A stretch of 64,000 bases of DNA from the NCBI GenBank assembly GCA_965644315.1, contig CBFFRQ010000063.1:19850-83849 (forward strand), given 5' to 3'. The stretch is from Caecitellus pseudoparvulus. Lineage: Eukaryota; Protista; Bigyra: Bicosoecida. This document shows positions 44,634 through 55,600 of the stretch, in pieces. The translations under genes and the position numbers were made by a program. The notes below the pieces were generated by a model, which saw only the letters and a program-made list of their open reading frames with translations, was not told the DNA's origin and did no database searches. Position 1 is the stretch's first letter. The number at the start of each line of letters is the position of its first letter.

Positions 44634-44706
44634 GCGAGCAGGCTGCTTCGTGCTGTGGCGTCGGCAGGGTGCATCCTGTCGTCTGTGCACAGCAACCACC
44701 CCCAAC

Positions 44707-44722
44707 GGTGTTACTCAACACC
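44707..44722 (+). promoter_or_regulatory. Histone 3' stem-loop of H2A (GGTGTT-ACTC-AACACC)
   Basis: 73 nt after the stop; flanked by CCCCAAC and ACC. Confidence 0.92.
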
Positions 44723-44932
44723 ACCAGTATGACGATGTGGGTAGTTGTGCGATCTTTGAAATGAATTGCTGTTGTGTGCGTGGGGCTTGGAGGCCTGGCT
44801 GTGCATGATGCGTTGAGGTCACAGCCAGGCAGGGTTGAGCACTTGCAGCGGAGTGCAAGCGCACACCACGTGCAGGGTGCATTGATCCAGACCTGCCCAG
44901 CAAGCCAAGCGTGTGGTGGTGCATGTGAAGGT

Positions 44933-44948
44933 GGTGTTGAGGAACACC
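44933..44948 (-). promoter_or_regulatory. Histone 3' stem-loop of H4 (GGTGTT-CCTC-AACACC)
   Basis: 78 nt after the stop; flanked by CCCCAAC and ACC. Confidence 0.92.
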
Positions 44949-45026
44949 GTTGGGGTGGTGGGGCGGCGCAGTGCCTGAGCACACACGCCGCCTGGCAGGC
45001 AAGCCCTGCCACGGGAAGCAGTCCGC

Positions 45027-45578
<552 letters not shown>

Positions 45579-45627
45579 TCATTGCACATCAACCCTACGC
45601 CTCGTCGCACTCACACACCTGTTGTGA

Positions 45628-46062
<435 letters not shown>

Positions 46063-46110
46063 ATGCTGCGCAGCCTTGCGGCGCAGGCTTGGCCTGCCCA
46101 CCACCCCCAC

Positions 46111-46126
46111 GGTGTTACTCAACACC
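46111..46126 (+). promoter_or_regulatory. Histone 3' stem-loop of H3 (GGTGTT-ACTC-AACACC)
   Basis: 48 nt after the stop; flanked by CCCCCAC and ACC. Confidence 0.92.
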
Positions 46127-46537
46127 ACCATTGACTCTTGCGCCATGGCTTGCACTGCATCTTGTGGTCTGTGAGCGGGCAAGCGATGGACACATGCATT
46201 TCAAGCGTCACTGAATCAAACCGCACCTGGGCCCTGTCTGCACCGCTCGAGGTTAAGAATGAATTTCGTTTTTTGGCGGGGTGTTGAATGTCAGTTTTCT
46301 CTGCATTGGAAGTGTCGCTCCAAGTTTATCACACCTTGCGCTTGCAGAGTGATGCACTGCACAGTCGAAACCACAACGAAACTCAAGATCAATACCCGAA
46401 CTGAGAGCTGGAGTGGCGCGTTTCTGGAAGATCACTTCTTCCTCACGCACAAATCTCTGAGTGGGGCAACGTTGTGGACCAGACCCCGAAAGTGCTCACC
46501 AGGCAGGACTCAAGTTTGCTGCAAGGAGGTTTGAGGC

Positions 46538-48955
46538 ATGGCGAGTGTTGAATCTGAGTGCGATGTGCCGACTCCAAGTGCCGAGTGGTGGTGCCAGGAG
46601 CTCCTTGGTTTGGCAGAGGCGGTGAAGGTCGATGGCGTGGTGGCGGAACTTGCTCAGCGTCTGGGAAGCGCCTTCATTTCTCACTGCAAGACTGACCCTG
46701 TTGACAACCTTCAAACCGCACTTTCAGGCTTCGAGAGTGCAGTTCTTTCTGCTCCAGCGAAGGGGCTGGATGCAGGTGACCTGGCGATCGCGCTGGCGCA
46801 CGTCGCAGTGTGTGCCGCTCCTGCGAGCCAGAGCAAGGCTGTGCAGCCAGAGCGAGTCTTCGACTGCCTGTCGTCTGCTGACAAGTCAGCCCTTCAAAGC
46901 AAGGCTGGTGTTGTGTTCGATGTCATCACCAGGGCACAGCAGGAATCTCTCCTCACAGCCGCTGAGCGAGCTCTTGGCGTGCAGTTGCAGGGGCCGGAGC
47001 TGACTGGCTTTGCGCGGGGCTTGCTGCATTCGTACCGTCAGAACCCCCCCGGGCGAGGAAGGCAGGCGAAGGACTTCATTTCATTGGTCACGAATAAAAG
47101 CCGCAACTTGTTTGGCAAAGTAGATGTCCAAGCCTTCCTCACCACCCTTCTGAGGTCAAACCGGATGGGCATGGTGAGCCGGGTGATCGCTGCCGCGCCA
47201 ATCGAAGCACCCGCCGGAGCAGAGTTCCCCGCCAGCCAGTCGGCGTTGCAGCACGCTATACTCAGCGAAGTGGAGCAGTCTTTGAAGGATTGGTCCTGTG
47301 ACCATGCCGTGCAGAAGGCTGCGCTGAAGTGCATGAAACAGTGGAAAGTGCACGTGGACGCATTTCCCACCCTCGCCCACGCTGCAAACAAGGCCGCTCT
47401 GAAGTTCGCGGCCAGTGCGCGGAACCCTGATGTCCTCTCCGGGTACTTGTCGGCCTTGCCTCTCCATTGGCGGGAGAAGTCTCTCAGATGGCTGCAGGGC
47501 CGCATCAGTGCAAGTGAGCAAGAGAGCAAGACCTCTACGCCAGGCCAAGCAGCCGCTCCAGAGGAGAGCACACCTTCTGCTCAAGCTAGGGAAGCTGCAT
47601 CGCCTGCGTGCACCCCGATCATGTCCACTCCAACTGCCGCAAAGTATCGCGAACAGTCCGCTGTTGGCGAAGATGAGGACAGTGATGCAGCCGGCGGTGG
47701 TGGCGACCAGGATCATGTTCCAGACCGACTACAAACAACGCCAAAGCTCGCGAAGACTGTGACGAAGCAAACGCAAAACGCGCGACTGCTGCGACTTGAG
47801 CGGCTGCTGTCTCAAGAGGGGGACGCCATTGCGAACATTCAACGTCTGTGTGAAGAAGAAGCCCCCGCACCAGAGCCAAGCAGGCTTGTCCATTGGTGCA
47901 GTGAGCTGGCGCCAAGCGAGTCGGCTCTTCTGCATGGCGTTCCTGTTGGGTTCGCGTGCGCTTCTCCGGGCGAAGCTGACGATAGACTGCACCGCGTGCT
48001 TGAGCAAGGTTCGCTGGCAGGGTTGCCACAGCCCGTCCTTGGCCGCCCTGCGACTGTCTGCAATGACGGGCGGTGTGTGCTGCCTGAAAACTTACCTGTG
48101 TATTGGGTAGACACTTTGGACGCACTGGTTGCACTGTCGGAGCACGTCCCGCCAACATGCCCGGTGGGCTTCGACGCAGAGTGGACCATGGGCATGGGGC
48201 TGCTGGACCTGCAAGGTGGGAGCATCGCCTCCCGGTGCAGCGATTGCGCATGCTTGCTCCAATATGCGTGGCCAACAGGAGTTGCGCTACTTGATTGGAA
48301 AGCCCTCGTCCAGGCGGCAGAGACGGGCACTCAAGCATCTGAGGCCGCACCGGCGGCTGTCGGCAGCGGGGAAACGAGCAGCTCTGCTTCCGCACAGGCG
48401 GTGCAGAAGCTCTTTGGGCCTTCCCATTCACACATCGCCAGCTTTGCAGGAAGCGGTGATTGCGGCATGTTGTCAGGGACTCCCTTGGGTGTCGCCTTCA
48501 CGAAACTGGCGTCTCAGACAAATTGGTACGACACAGACAAGGAGTCCAAGCGCCTGTTCCAAGCAGTGGACGCTGTGCAGAAGCAGCTACCTGCATCTGC
48601 TGCGAGCATCTTGCTCCAGCCTTTGCCCGAGAAACCGCCACAATCGCTTACAGCCACCCATGACTGGCTTGTGGGCGGTGGGATGTGCAAGTTCTGGCAG
48701 GTCAGTGACTGGCTGCGTCGACCTTTGTTGCCAGGCCAAGCTCACTATGGAGCCTTGGATGCATATGGAACTCTCATGGTCTGCCAGGTCCTTCTTGAGG
48801 TTGAGGGCGCCCTCAAGGATGCTGGTCTGCCTGTGGATTGGGCCGGGCCGCGGAAGGCAAGCAAGAAGGGAGACAAAGCCAAGTACAAGAAATGGCACCG
48901 CAAGGGTGGCGCAAGGCGAGGTCGTGGAGGAGGGCGCGGCCAAGCTGCCAAGTAG
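46538..48955 (+). CDS. DEDDy 3'-5' exonuclease, EXD3/Mut-7-like
   Basis: ExoI VGFDAEW, LLQ, ExoII ...GSGD, and K.WQVSDWLRRPL.PGQAHYGALDAY (ExoIII YxxxD). Helical N-terminal extension and a basic RGG tail. Confidence 0.85.
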   Translation: MASVESECDVPTPSAEWWCQELLGLAEAVKVDGVVAELAQRLGSAFISHCKTDPVDNLQTALSGFESAVLSAPAKGLDAGDLAIALAHVAVCAAPASQSKAVQPERVFDCLSSADKSALQSKAGVVFDVITRAQQESLLTAAERALGVQLQGPELTGFARGLLHSYRQNPPGRGRQAKDFISLVTNKSRNLFGKVDVQAFLTTLLRSNRMGMVSRVIAAAPIEAPAGAEFPASQSALQHAILSEVEQSLKDWSCDHAVQKAALKCMKQWKVHVDAFPTLAHAANKAALKFAASARNPDVLSGYLSALPLHWREKSLRWLQGRISASEQESKTSTPGQAAAPEESTPSAQAREAASPACTPIMSTPTAAKYREQSAVGEDEDSDAAGGGGDQDHVPDRLQTTPKLAKTVTKQTQNARLLRLERLLSQEGDAIANIQRLCEEEAPAPEPSRLVHWCSELAPSESALLHGVPVGFACASPGEADDRLHRVLEQGSLAGLPQPVLGRPATVCNDGRCVLPENLPVYWVDTLDALVALSEHVPPTCPVGFDAEWTMGMGLLDLQGGSIASRCSDCACLLQYAWPTGVALLDWKALVQAAETGTQASEAAPAAVGSGETSSSASAQAVQKLFGPSHSHIASFAGSGDCGMLSGTPLGVAFTKLASQTNWYDTDKESKRLFQAVDAVQKQLPASAASILLQPLPEKPPQSLTATHDWLVGGGMCKFWQVSDWLRRPLLPGQAHYGALDAYGTLMVCQVLLEVEGALKDAGLPVDWAGPRKASKKGDKAKYKKWHRKGGARRGRGGGRGQAAK

Positions 48956-49459
48956 CAGGGTCGTGTTTTAAGGTGTGGGGCTGCGAATGTGGGAGCCGGA
49001 CGAGTGTGGCTTGAGTCATACTCAAGTGTAGAGCAAAGCTGAATGCTCCTTGTCGCCACGAGCACTCAAGTCGCCATCGACGCGCCTGCTGCACAGAGCT
49101 TCTGCCCGATGCTTTGAATAGGTGGCCAGCTTAGTGGTGGAGGTCGTGCTCGGGCGGGGCTGCGAAGCGGTGTCTCGTGGTCCCTGAAGTGCCAGCGGCT
49201 GCACTCAGTTTGAAGCGCTTGACCGCCACCTCGTCGAGCCACGCAAGTGTGCTCTACAAACACAATTCAACCCATGACACGATGCTCAGTCGCCAAGCAA
49301 ATAACTATTAGCCCCTTTTCGGCCATCGAGCTTCGTTGTAGCTGTTTTTGTTGGCTGGACGAGACGCTTGAAAGGAGCGCTTCCAATCGTCGCAGTGCGA
49401 CGCACACACGTGTCGGACTTGAGACGCCCCACGTCGATACAGCGCAAGACAGACGCAGC

Positions 49460-51940
49460 ATGCGTCGCTATGGATTGCTTCTTGCGGCTTTCTTAACGGT
49501 ATGCAGCGCTGGAAAGCCTGCACCTCTCCTCTCTCAAGTTGAGCCGCACCTGCACATGAGTATGGCAGCTTTCCATCACGGAGACTTGGGAGTGGCTTTG
49601 GCTGCGGCAAAGGCTGCGGTGCGGATGGCCCCCCTTGACGCGATGGTGCACTCAGCTTTGGGGGACATTCTCACGCAGCATGGCATCCAGGCCCACAACA
49701 AGAGCAACCACCAGGCTGCATCGCGCTTCTTCCGTGCTGCGGTGACGCACCACCTTCGATCAGCGAGCCTGGGGGCGCCTTCATTTGCGTCCGCTCTGGC
49801 AGACACTCGGACGCTTCTGGACAAGATGATCACACACACGCCATATGCTGTGGGAGGGGCTTTGTCCATCTTGACTGGGCCCTGGGTACAAGCGGTGTTG
49901 GGCAAGGGCTCCCTAGTCGAGGCTTTGCAAGAGCACGCGATCGAGCAGCAAATGCTCAGTGAAGGCGCCTTGCAAGAGCTGCAAGACTACAGAGACTACA
50001 AACAACGCCAAGCCGAGGCGAATGGCTTCAATTCGTCTCAGCTGCTGGTCGGCATCGAAGCCAGCGGGCCCAACGCTTGGCTTCCCAACGTGCCAGAGTC
50101 AGCATTCAAGGAGTGGGCAGCGGCTGAAGAGGTGCCCCTGGGTCCACAGGCTGCTCTGGCGGCAGCTTTGTTCGACAATGGTTACATGCGCAAGGCAGTG
50201 CAAATGCTGTGCAAGCCCGACTTGCTCACAGTGAACGTGACGGCAGCGTCTGGCCTGTCCCTCGGCATTGCTTCAATGCCGCCAGCACAGGTCCTTCAAG
50301 CGACCACCGCCTTACGTGTGTGTGGTGTCGTGCATTTGACGGGTGCAGTGCCCCCCACATTCACCGCTGCCGTTCGCAACGCAGTGCAAGAGGGGGAGGG
50401 GGGAGTGTCTCCTGAGCAGCTGCTGCAGCTGCTTCAGGCAGACGCCGCCATCGCCAACCCCCTTGTTCACCCGGTGCTGCATCGAGCCATGCAGACCGAC
50501 TTCTCCACTGTGTCGCAAGCATACATTGAGGCCGCAGACGACCCTCAGTATGAGGAAGAGCTGCGGGTTGTGCAGAGACTCTCAGCAGACTCGGGAAGCT
50601 TGTTCTCACTGGAGGACCTGCAGGCACCAGCAAGTAGCGCTCTGACAGCCCAGCGCCTCATGTCAGTGTTTGGACCTCCACATGGCGATACCCTTCACCG
50701 GGAGAAGGTGCGATTCGTCAAGGCTGGGCAGTCCAGCGGTCGCCTTGACGCAGGTGAGGCCAGTGTCACCGCGCGTGGTGCAGCGCAGGACACACGCGGC
50801 CCAACCCTCGGCGTCGACTTCGTGCCTGTCAATGGGATGGTTCCATGGCCTCGAAGCCGCAAGACCAATGCCACTGCCCTGGGCCGCCAGCAGGCCGGCT
50901 TGGCCCCAGGCGCTTGGGCGCTGTCAGTGGCACAGTACGCGGCTGCAATGTCCCACACGCAGCACGGATACCTTTCCACAAGCTCCCAGCTGCCAGCATT
51001 CATGGTACACGCAGTGTTCCCACTGGGGGCGGACACTGCCACGGACAAGCGGCTGGACGCAGCAGCTGCCGCGAGCCACGCCGAAGTGCCCAAAGCCGCA
51101 GAGGGCCGTGATCCACCCACTGCAGACGGCAGCGACGCACGGGCAGTGCCAGAGGCATGGCAAGTCGGCAACCCTTCCCCCGGCAAGGCGCCCATTGCAG
51201 TGGCCGTTGTGCCAGGGTCACACATCGTGTGTATGCCTGATGTCAGGGCCGCAGCCACTGCCACCTCCAAGCAGGTCAAGCCCATGCACCCCAAAAAGCA
51301 AGTGCCCACGGCTGAGTTGGCCAGCCTCTGCCCCGAGGCCTTGCCCAAACTCGTCACCCTGCACGTCAAGCGCGGTGACGTCTTGCTCATGGACTCGCGC
51401 CTGGACCGCGAGATCCGCCGAGGCCCTGGTGCAACGAAGCCAGCCCACAGCCAGGCCTTGCATGTCCTGCACACCCAGCCCTGGCCAGCTGCACAGCCCG
51501 GCCACCTGCCGGCAGTACTGCAGAGTGGTTCAGCGCACGCCAGGCACACTCTGAGTCCGTTGGCAGCCAACATCACCTACCACGCCACGACAGCGAACGC
51601 GACTGCAGCAGAGCCCATTTACCCCGACTCGCCTCTGGCGCCACGAGCTGCACACCTGGACGACCTCAACGCGCTGGAGTACGGCTCCACGCTGCACGTC
51701 GGCATGTTGCCGCCTGACGCGTACTGGAAAGCGGCGCGAGCGACAGACAATAGGCTTCGCCGAGCCGAGCAGAACGCCACCACCATGCATCCGGGTGCGC
51801 GGAGTGCAGTGTTGCCGCTGCACCTGCCGCTGCATCGCTGGTACATGTCATCGGGAACGGGTCCAGGAGACGAAGGCTGCTCGGCTGAGGATCGACGAGC
51901 TGGCACGTGTGCGTGGAGCCAACACGCGTCGGGTAAGTGA
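49460..51940 (+). CDS. Secreted protein with TPR-like N-terminus and degenerate PhyH/2OG-dioxygenase-like fold
   Basis: Signal peptide (MRRYGLLLAAFLTVCSA), TPR-like AVRMAPLDAMVHSALGDIL, and PhyH-like motifs 'LRVCGVVHLTGAV', 'VVPGSH' and 'VKRGDVLLMDSRL'. Confidence 0.55.
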   Translation: MRRYGLLLAAFLTVCSAGKPAPLLSQVEPHLHMSMAAFHHGDLGVALAAAKAAVRMAPLDAMVHSALGDILTQHGIQAHNKSNHQAASRFFRAAVTHHLRSASLGAPSFASALADTRTLLDKMITHTPYAVGGALSILTGPWVQAVLGKGSLVEALQEHAIEQQMLSEGALQELQDYRDYKQRQAEANGFNSSQLLVGIEASGPNAWLPNVPESAFKEWAAAEEVPLGPQAALAAALFDNGYMRKAVQMLCKPDLLTVNVTAASGLSLGIASMPPAQVLQATTALRVCGVVHLTGAVPPTFTAAVRNAVQEGEGGVSPEQLLQLLQADAAIANPLVHPVLHRAMQTDFSTVSQAYIEAADDPQYEEELRVVQRLSADSGSLFSLEDLQAPASSALTAQRLMSVFGPPHGDTLHREKVRFVKAGQSSGRLDAGEASVTARGAAQDTRGPTLGVDFVPVNGMVPWPRSRKTNATALGRQQAGLAPGAWALSVAQYAAAMSHTQHGYLSTSSQLPAFMVHAVFPLGADTATDKRLDAAAAASHAEVPKAAEGRDPPTADGSDARAVPEAWQVGNPSPGKAPIAVAVVPGSHIVCMPDVRAAATATSKQVKPMHPKKQVPTAELASLCPEALPKLVTLHVKRGDVLLMDSRLDREIRRGPGATKPAHSQALHVLHTQPWPAAQPGHLPAVLQSGSAHARHTLSPLAANITYHATTANATAAEPIYPDSPLAPRAAHLDDLNALEYGSTLHVGMLPPDAYWKAARATDNRLRRAEQNATTMHPGARSAVLPLHLPLHRWYMSSGTGPGDEGCSAEDRRAGTCAWSQHASGK

Positions 51941-52679
51941 GTGCAAGACGTGGCTGAATGTTTGTGTGTATGCAATGAATCTGGGAGTGGCCTTTGAACG
52001 GCCACATGCGCAGGTGCTCAGGAGCTTGCTATACTCGCAGCAGAGCACCTGTGAAACGCGCATGAAACAGCACGCCACTTCAGCGCGCTGTGCGCACGCT
52101 AACCTTCCTGCCAACGGACAGCTCAAGCATAAGCGAAGGAAAGAAGTGCAATGATTCGAAAGAGCTGATTAACTTTGCAGACAGGTCAATAAAGAGCTTG
52201 TCAGCTGGTGCAAAGTCTCCTCTAACCTATCTTGTCACATCTCCCCCGTCAAACACACTGCGGAGATGGTGGAGGAGGGCACCGTGTCCGCCCTGCCGCT
52301 GCAGCATGACGCTTGAAAGCACCCAGACACTGCTCCCAAGACGTATCCCTGCCGCTGTGAACTTACTTGCCGAGTACGTCGCTGTAAGCAGCTTTCACAC
52401 CCGCCAGGTGCTGCCGAGCATTGGCCTCTCTCTCTCTCGCAGCAAGCCCGCCGCCGCCGTCGACTGGAGCGGGCGCACCGCACGACGGCAAGCAAACCTC
52501 ACGCTTCCAACAGGACACCCAGCACTTGAACGGTTCCACAGAAAAGTACTGCGATCATTAAATTCGTCCTCTGTGCGCGCGCTGTTGCATTTCCCGAGCT
52601 CTCCTCGCGCAGCCGCCGCAGCAGCCGCTTGGCGTGGTTTTCACGCTGGCCGGACACGCCAAACAGCTGAAGGCGCACC

Positions 52680-55600
52680 ATGGTGCTGGGTGGATCACCT
52701 GCACAAGGACTCTTGTACCTTGTGTTGGTGCTCTTCGGCACTTCCGCCCTTGGGCTCTTTGTGCGGCAGCACGGCCCAGTGAGTGCAAGCTTGCTCCTTG
52801 CCCTTCTGCACTGCCTTTCGCTTCAAGCGCCCGTCACTGGGCACGTGTTCACGGCACCGCGCGCATCGTGCTCAGGATGGGGAAGCCCTACCTCCTCTAC
52901 ATGTCAGACTCTCGCCTGAAGCCGCCACTTCCACGCCTCCGCTGCGTCGTGCGCTGTTTCAGGCGCCTGCGCATATGGGCAAGGGTGAGAGGTCGCTGCG
53001 CGCACCTGGACACTGTCCGCGATTCCAGCCCACAGAGATGCACCAGCACATAAGACTGCACTTCTTGTTGCACAGACTTGCCGTTTGAAGATGTCGACGC
53101 CATCCTGGATCACGACGTCAACGCCATCAACGCCTCGCACCCTGCGCTGCTGGCGGCTGCTGCTGCCATCAACGCCAGCATGGCCATCACAGGACTGGGC
53201 AGCGCCATGGACCTGGGGGCAGACTACGACGGCGACGGAGCCCGGGACTGGATCCTGGGTGCACCCTTGCTTGCTGTGGGGGGACGGCGGGTGGGTGGCG
53301 TGTTCTTCCTCTCGGCAATGGGCGGTCCACGAGGCGTGCCAGCTGAGCGCTTGTGGCAGGCTGGAGACGACTTGGCGGTGCCCAACGTCACTATCGTGTC
53401 CCTGACCTCCACAGCTGGCAGTGCCAACATCTCCGAACTGGGAGGCACCAGCTACAAGCCTGCCTTTGGCGCGTCAGTGGCTGTGTTGGGGGATGTGGAC
53501 AGCAACGGGTGGCCGGATGTGGCGGTGGGCGCGCCAGGGGACGTGTTCGGGAAGGACGCCAGTGGCGGGCGGGTGTTCATCCTGTTCATGGGGGCAGGGC
53601 CGCGTGTGCTGCGGTATACTGTCCTAGACCGCAAGACTGTGCCTGGTCTGCGGCCCAGCGCTTACATCGGGCAGGCTCGCCTGGGCCACAGCGTCGTGGG
53701 GCTGCGCGACCTGAACTCGGACGGCGTGCCTGACCTCGCCATTGGCGCACGCACGACACGGCATACTTGGCTGCGGGTGCCGTTTGCCCGGGGCCCTGAG
53801 GTGCTGGTGGTGTTCCTGGACCAGTACGGCCACGCCCGCAACGTGACACACCTGCACAACCTTGTGGAGGGCGGAGGACACCAGTACAGCCCCTTCAACC
53901 CCCAGGCCGAACACTGGGGCGAAACCCCACCCCGCAGACCAGACGGCACGACATTCGATCGGCAGTACAACGAGCACCACGATGATTGGTTCGGGCTGAG
54001 TCTGGCGTACTTGGGGCGAGGCGTGCTGGCCATTGGTGCTCCAGGCCGCCGAAACGCGGATCGTGCCATGCGCAGTCTGGACGGAACAGTCGTGTTGCTG
54101 ACGTTGAGCCCCACTGGCATGCCTACACAGCTGCACTTGATTGACAACGGCGCCTTTCACGACTTGCAGCTGGCCAAGGCGGATGAGAACCCTCAAATTC
54201 GCAATGGTCTGGGCATGTCCTTGGCAGCTGTTCCACCGGCCAACGGTGACGGCACGATGGACTTGCTCATTGGCGCGCCGCCTACTGCGCTGCTGGTGCC
54301 GTTAGATGATGCGTTCCGGCCTAGTGGCGAGTACTTCAGCCTGAGCCACGAAGGCGTGCTGTGGCGCCCCAACGCGACTCTTGGGGACACCGTGCCGTCC
54401 GCACTGCAGGGCCTGCGTGAAGGCTCAACTCCAGGCGCGTGGCAGACCTGGGCAGCGGGCATGGTGGCGGCGTGGACGAGAGATGACGCGCCACCTGCTC
54501 TGGCTGGGCGGGAGGCGGAGCCGCCGCAGCTGAACGCTGCGCTGCAGCTGGCCATCAGCTTGCCAGGTGTGTTGTGGAGCGAGGAGCAACCCACTCGACA
54601 ATGTGGCTCCTATCTGCCAACGTACTCGAATACTTGGACCATGTCGACCCTTGTCTACTGTCCTTCCGCGTCGACTGTTGATCCCGACAGTGTACCTGAG
54701 TACGCCGAGTCCATCCTCTTCACAGCCCTGCGTTTCCCGCCCGCACCAACACTAGCGTCGCAGTTGGGAGGTGATGAAGTGCAAGGGCCAGCTGTGCTGC
54801 TCACAGCCCCCACATTCATTTCATCTGCCGTGGAGGAGGCCCTCCTTCCCAACGCCAGCAATTCTGATGCGCTGCCACTTCATGATCGCTGGGAGTACGC
54901 AGAGGAGGCAGTGTTTGGCTCCAGTGTGCTTGCGCTGCCGTTCTTGACCGAGGCGCCTTGGCCATCTTGGCTGCAGCCTCAAGCTGGCGCGATATTTTCC
55001 AGCAATGGCATCAACCCACCGTGGGAGGAGGGACATGCAGGGAAGTGGCACAAGAAGGGCATCCGCATCTTGTTGATTGGCGTGGAGCAGGTTGGCGAAG
55101 CAAGTTCTGGCACAGTGGGGCTGTTGCAGGTGGCGTACGATGCGACTGCACGCCAAGTGATCGCATCTCACATGCTGGCAGTGAATCAGAGCGCTGTGAA
55201 CTCGGATACACCGAACGAAGGCATAGCTGGAAGCTTGACAGGCTTTGGCCGCTGCATGGCTTTTGTTCGCTTCCACCTGAATGACGGGCGCGACTGGAAG
55301 GCTCCTCGTGGAACTGGCAGTTTGTTGATTGGCGCTCCAGAAACACAGCTGGCCAACTCCACACAGCAAGGAGCCATCGTATCGGTGAACTTGATTGGAT
55401 ACCAGGCCATGCCACAGTTAGATCCAAGTGGCGGGACCCTAGTGGTCTCTCCCCAAATGTTCACGAGCGTTGAGCCTAACATTGGCCCCATTGCTCACGC
55501 AATGACTGTTATCAGGAACCCGCAGCAGGACAGTCAGCAGCAATCTGAAATTGCTGTGATCTCTTCGCCAAGCTCAAACACCTCAACTCCGCACGCAGCG

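Noticed and set aside
46538-48955. Exonuclease as 3'hExo/ERI1, the histone stem-loop trimming enzyme
   Set aside because: ERI1 is DEDDh with a SAP domain. This protein has DEDDy 'SDW..RPL...Q..YGALDA' motifs of the Mut-7/EXD type.
51941-52679. ORF 52090-52782 and other short intergenic ORFs (3819-4350, 14574-15030)
   Set aside because: They have mostly non-ATG starts and no motifs, and are best explained as UTR or promoter sequence.
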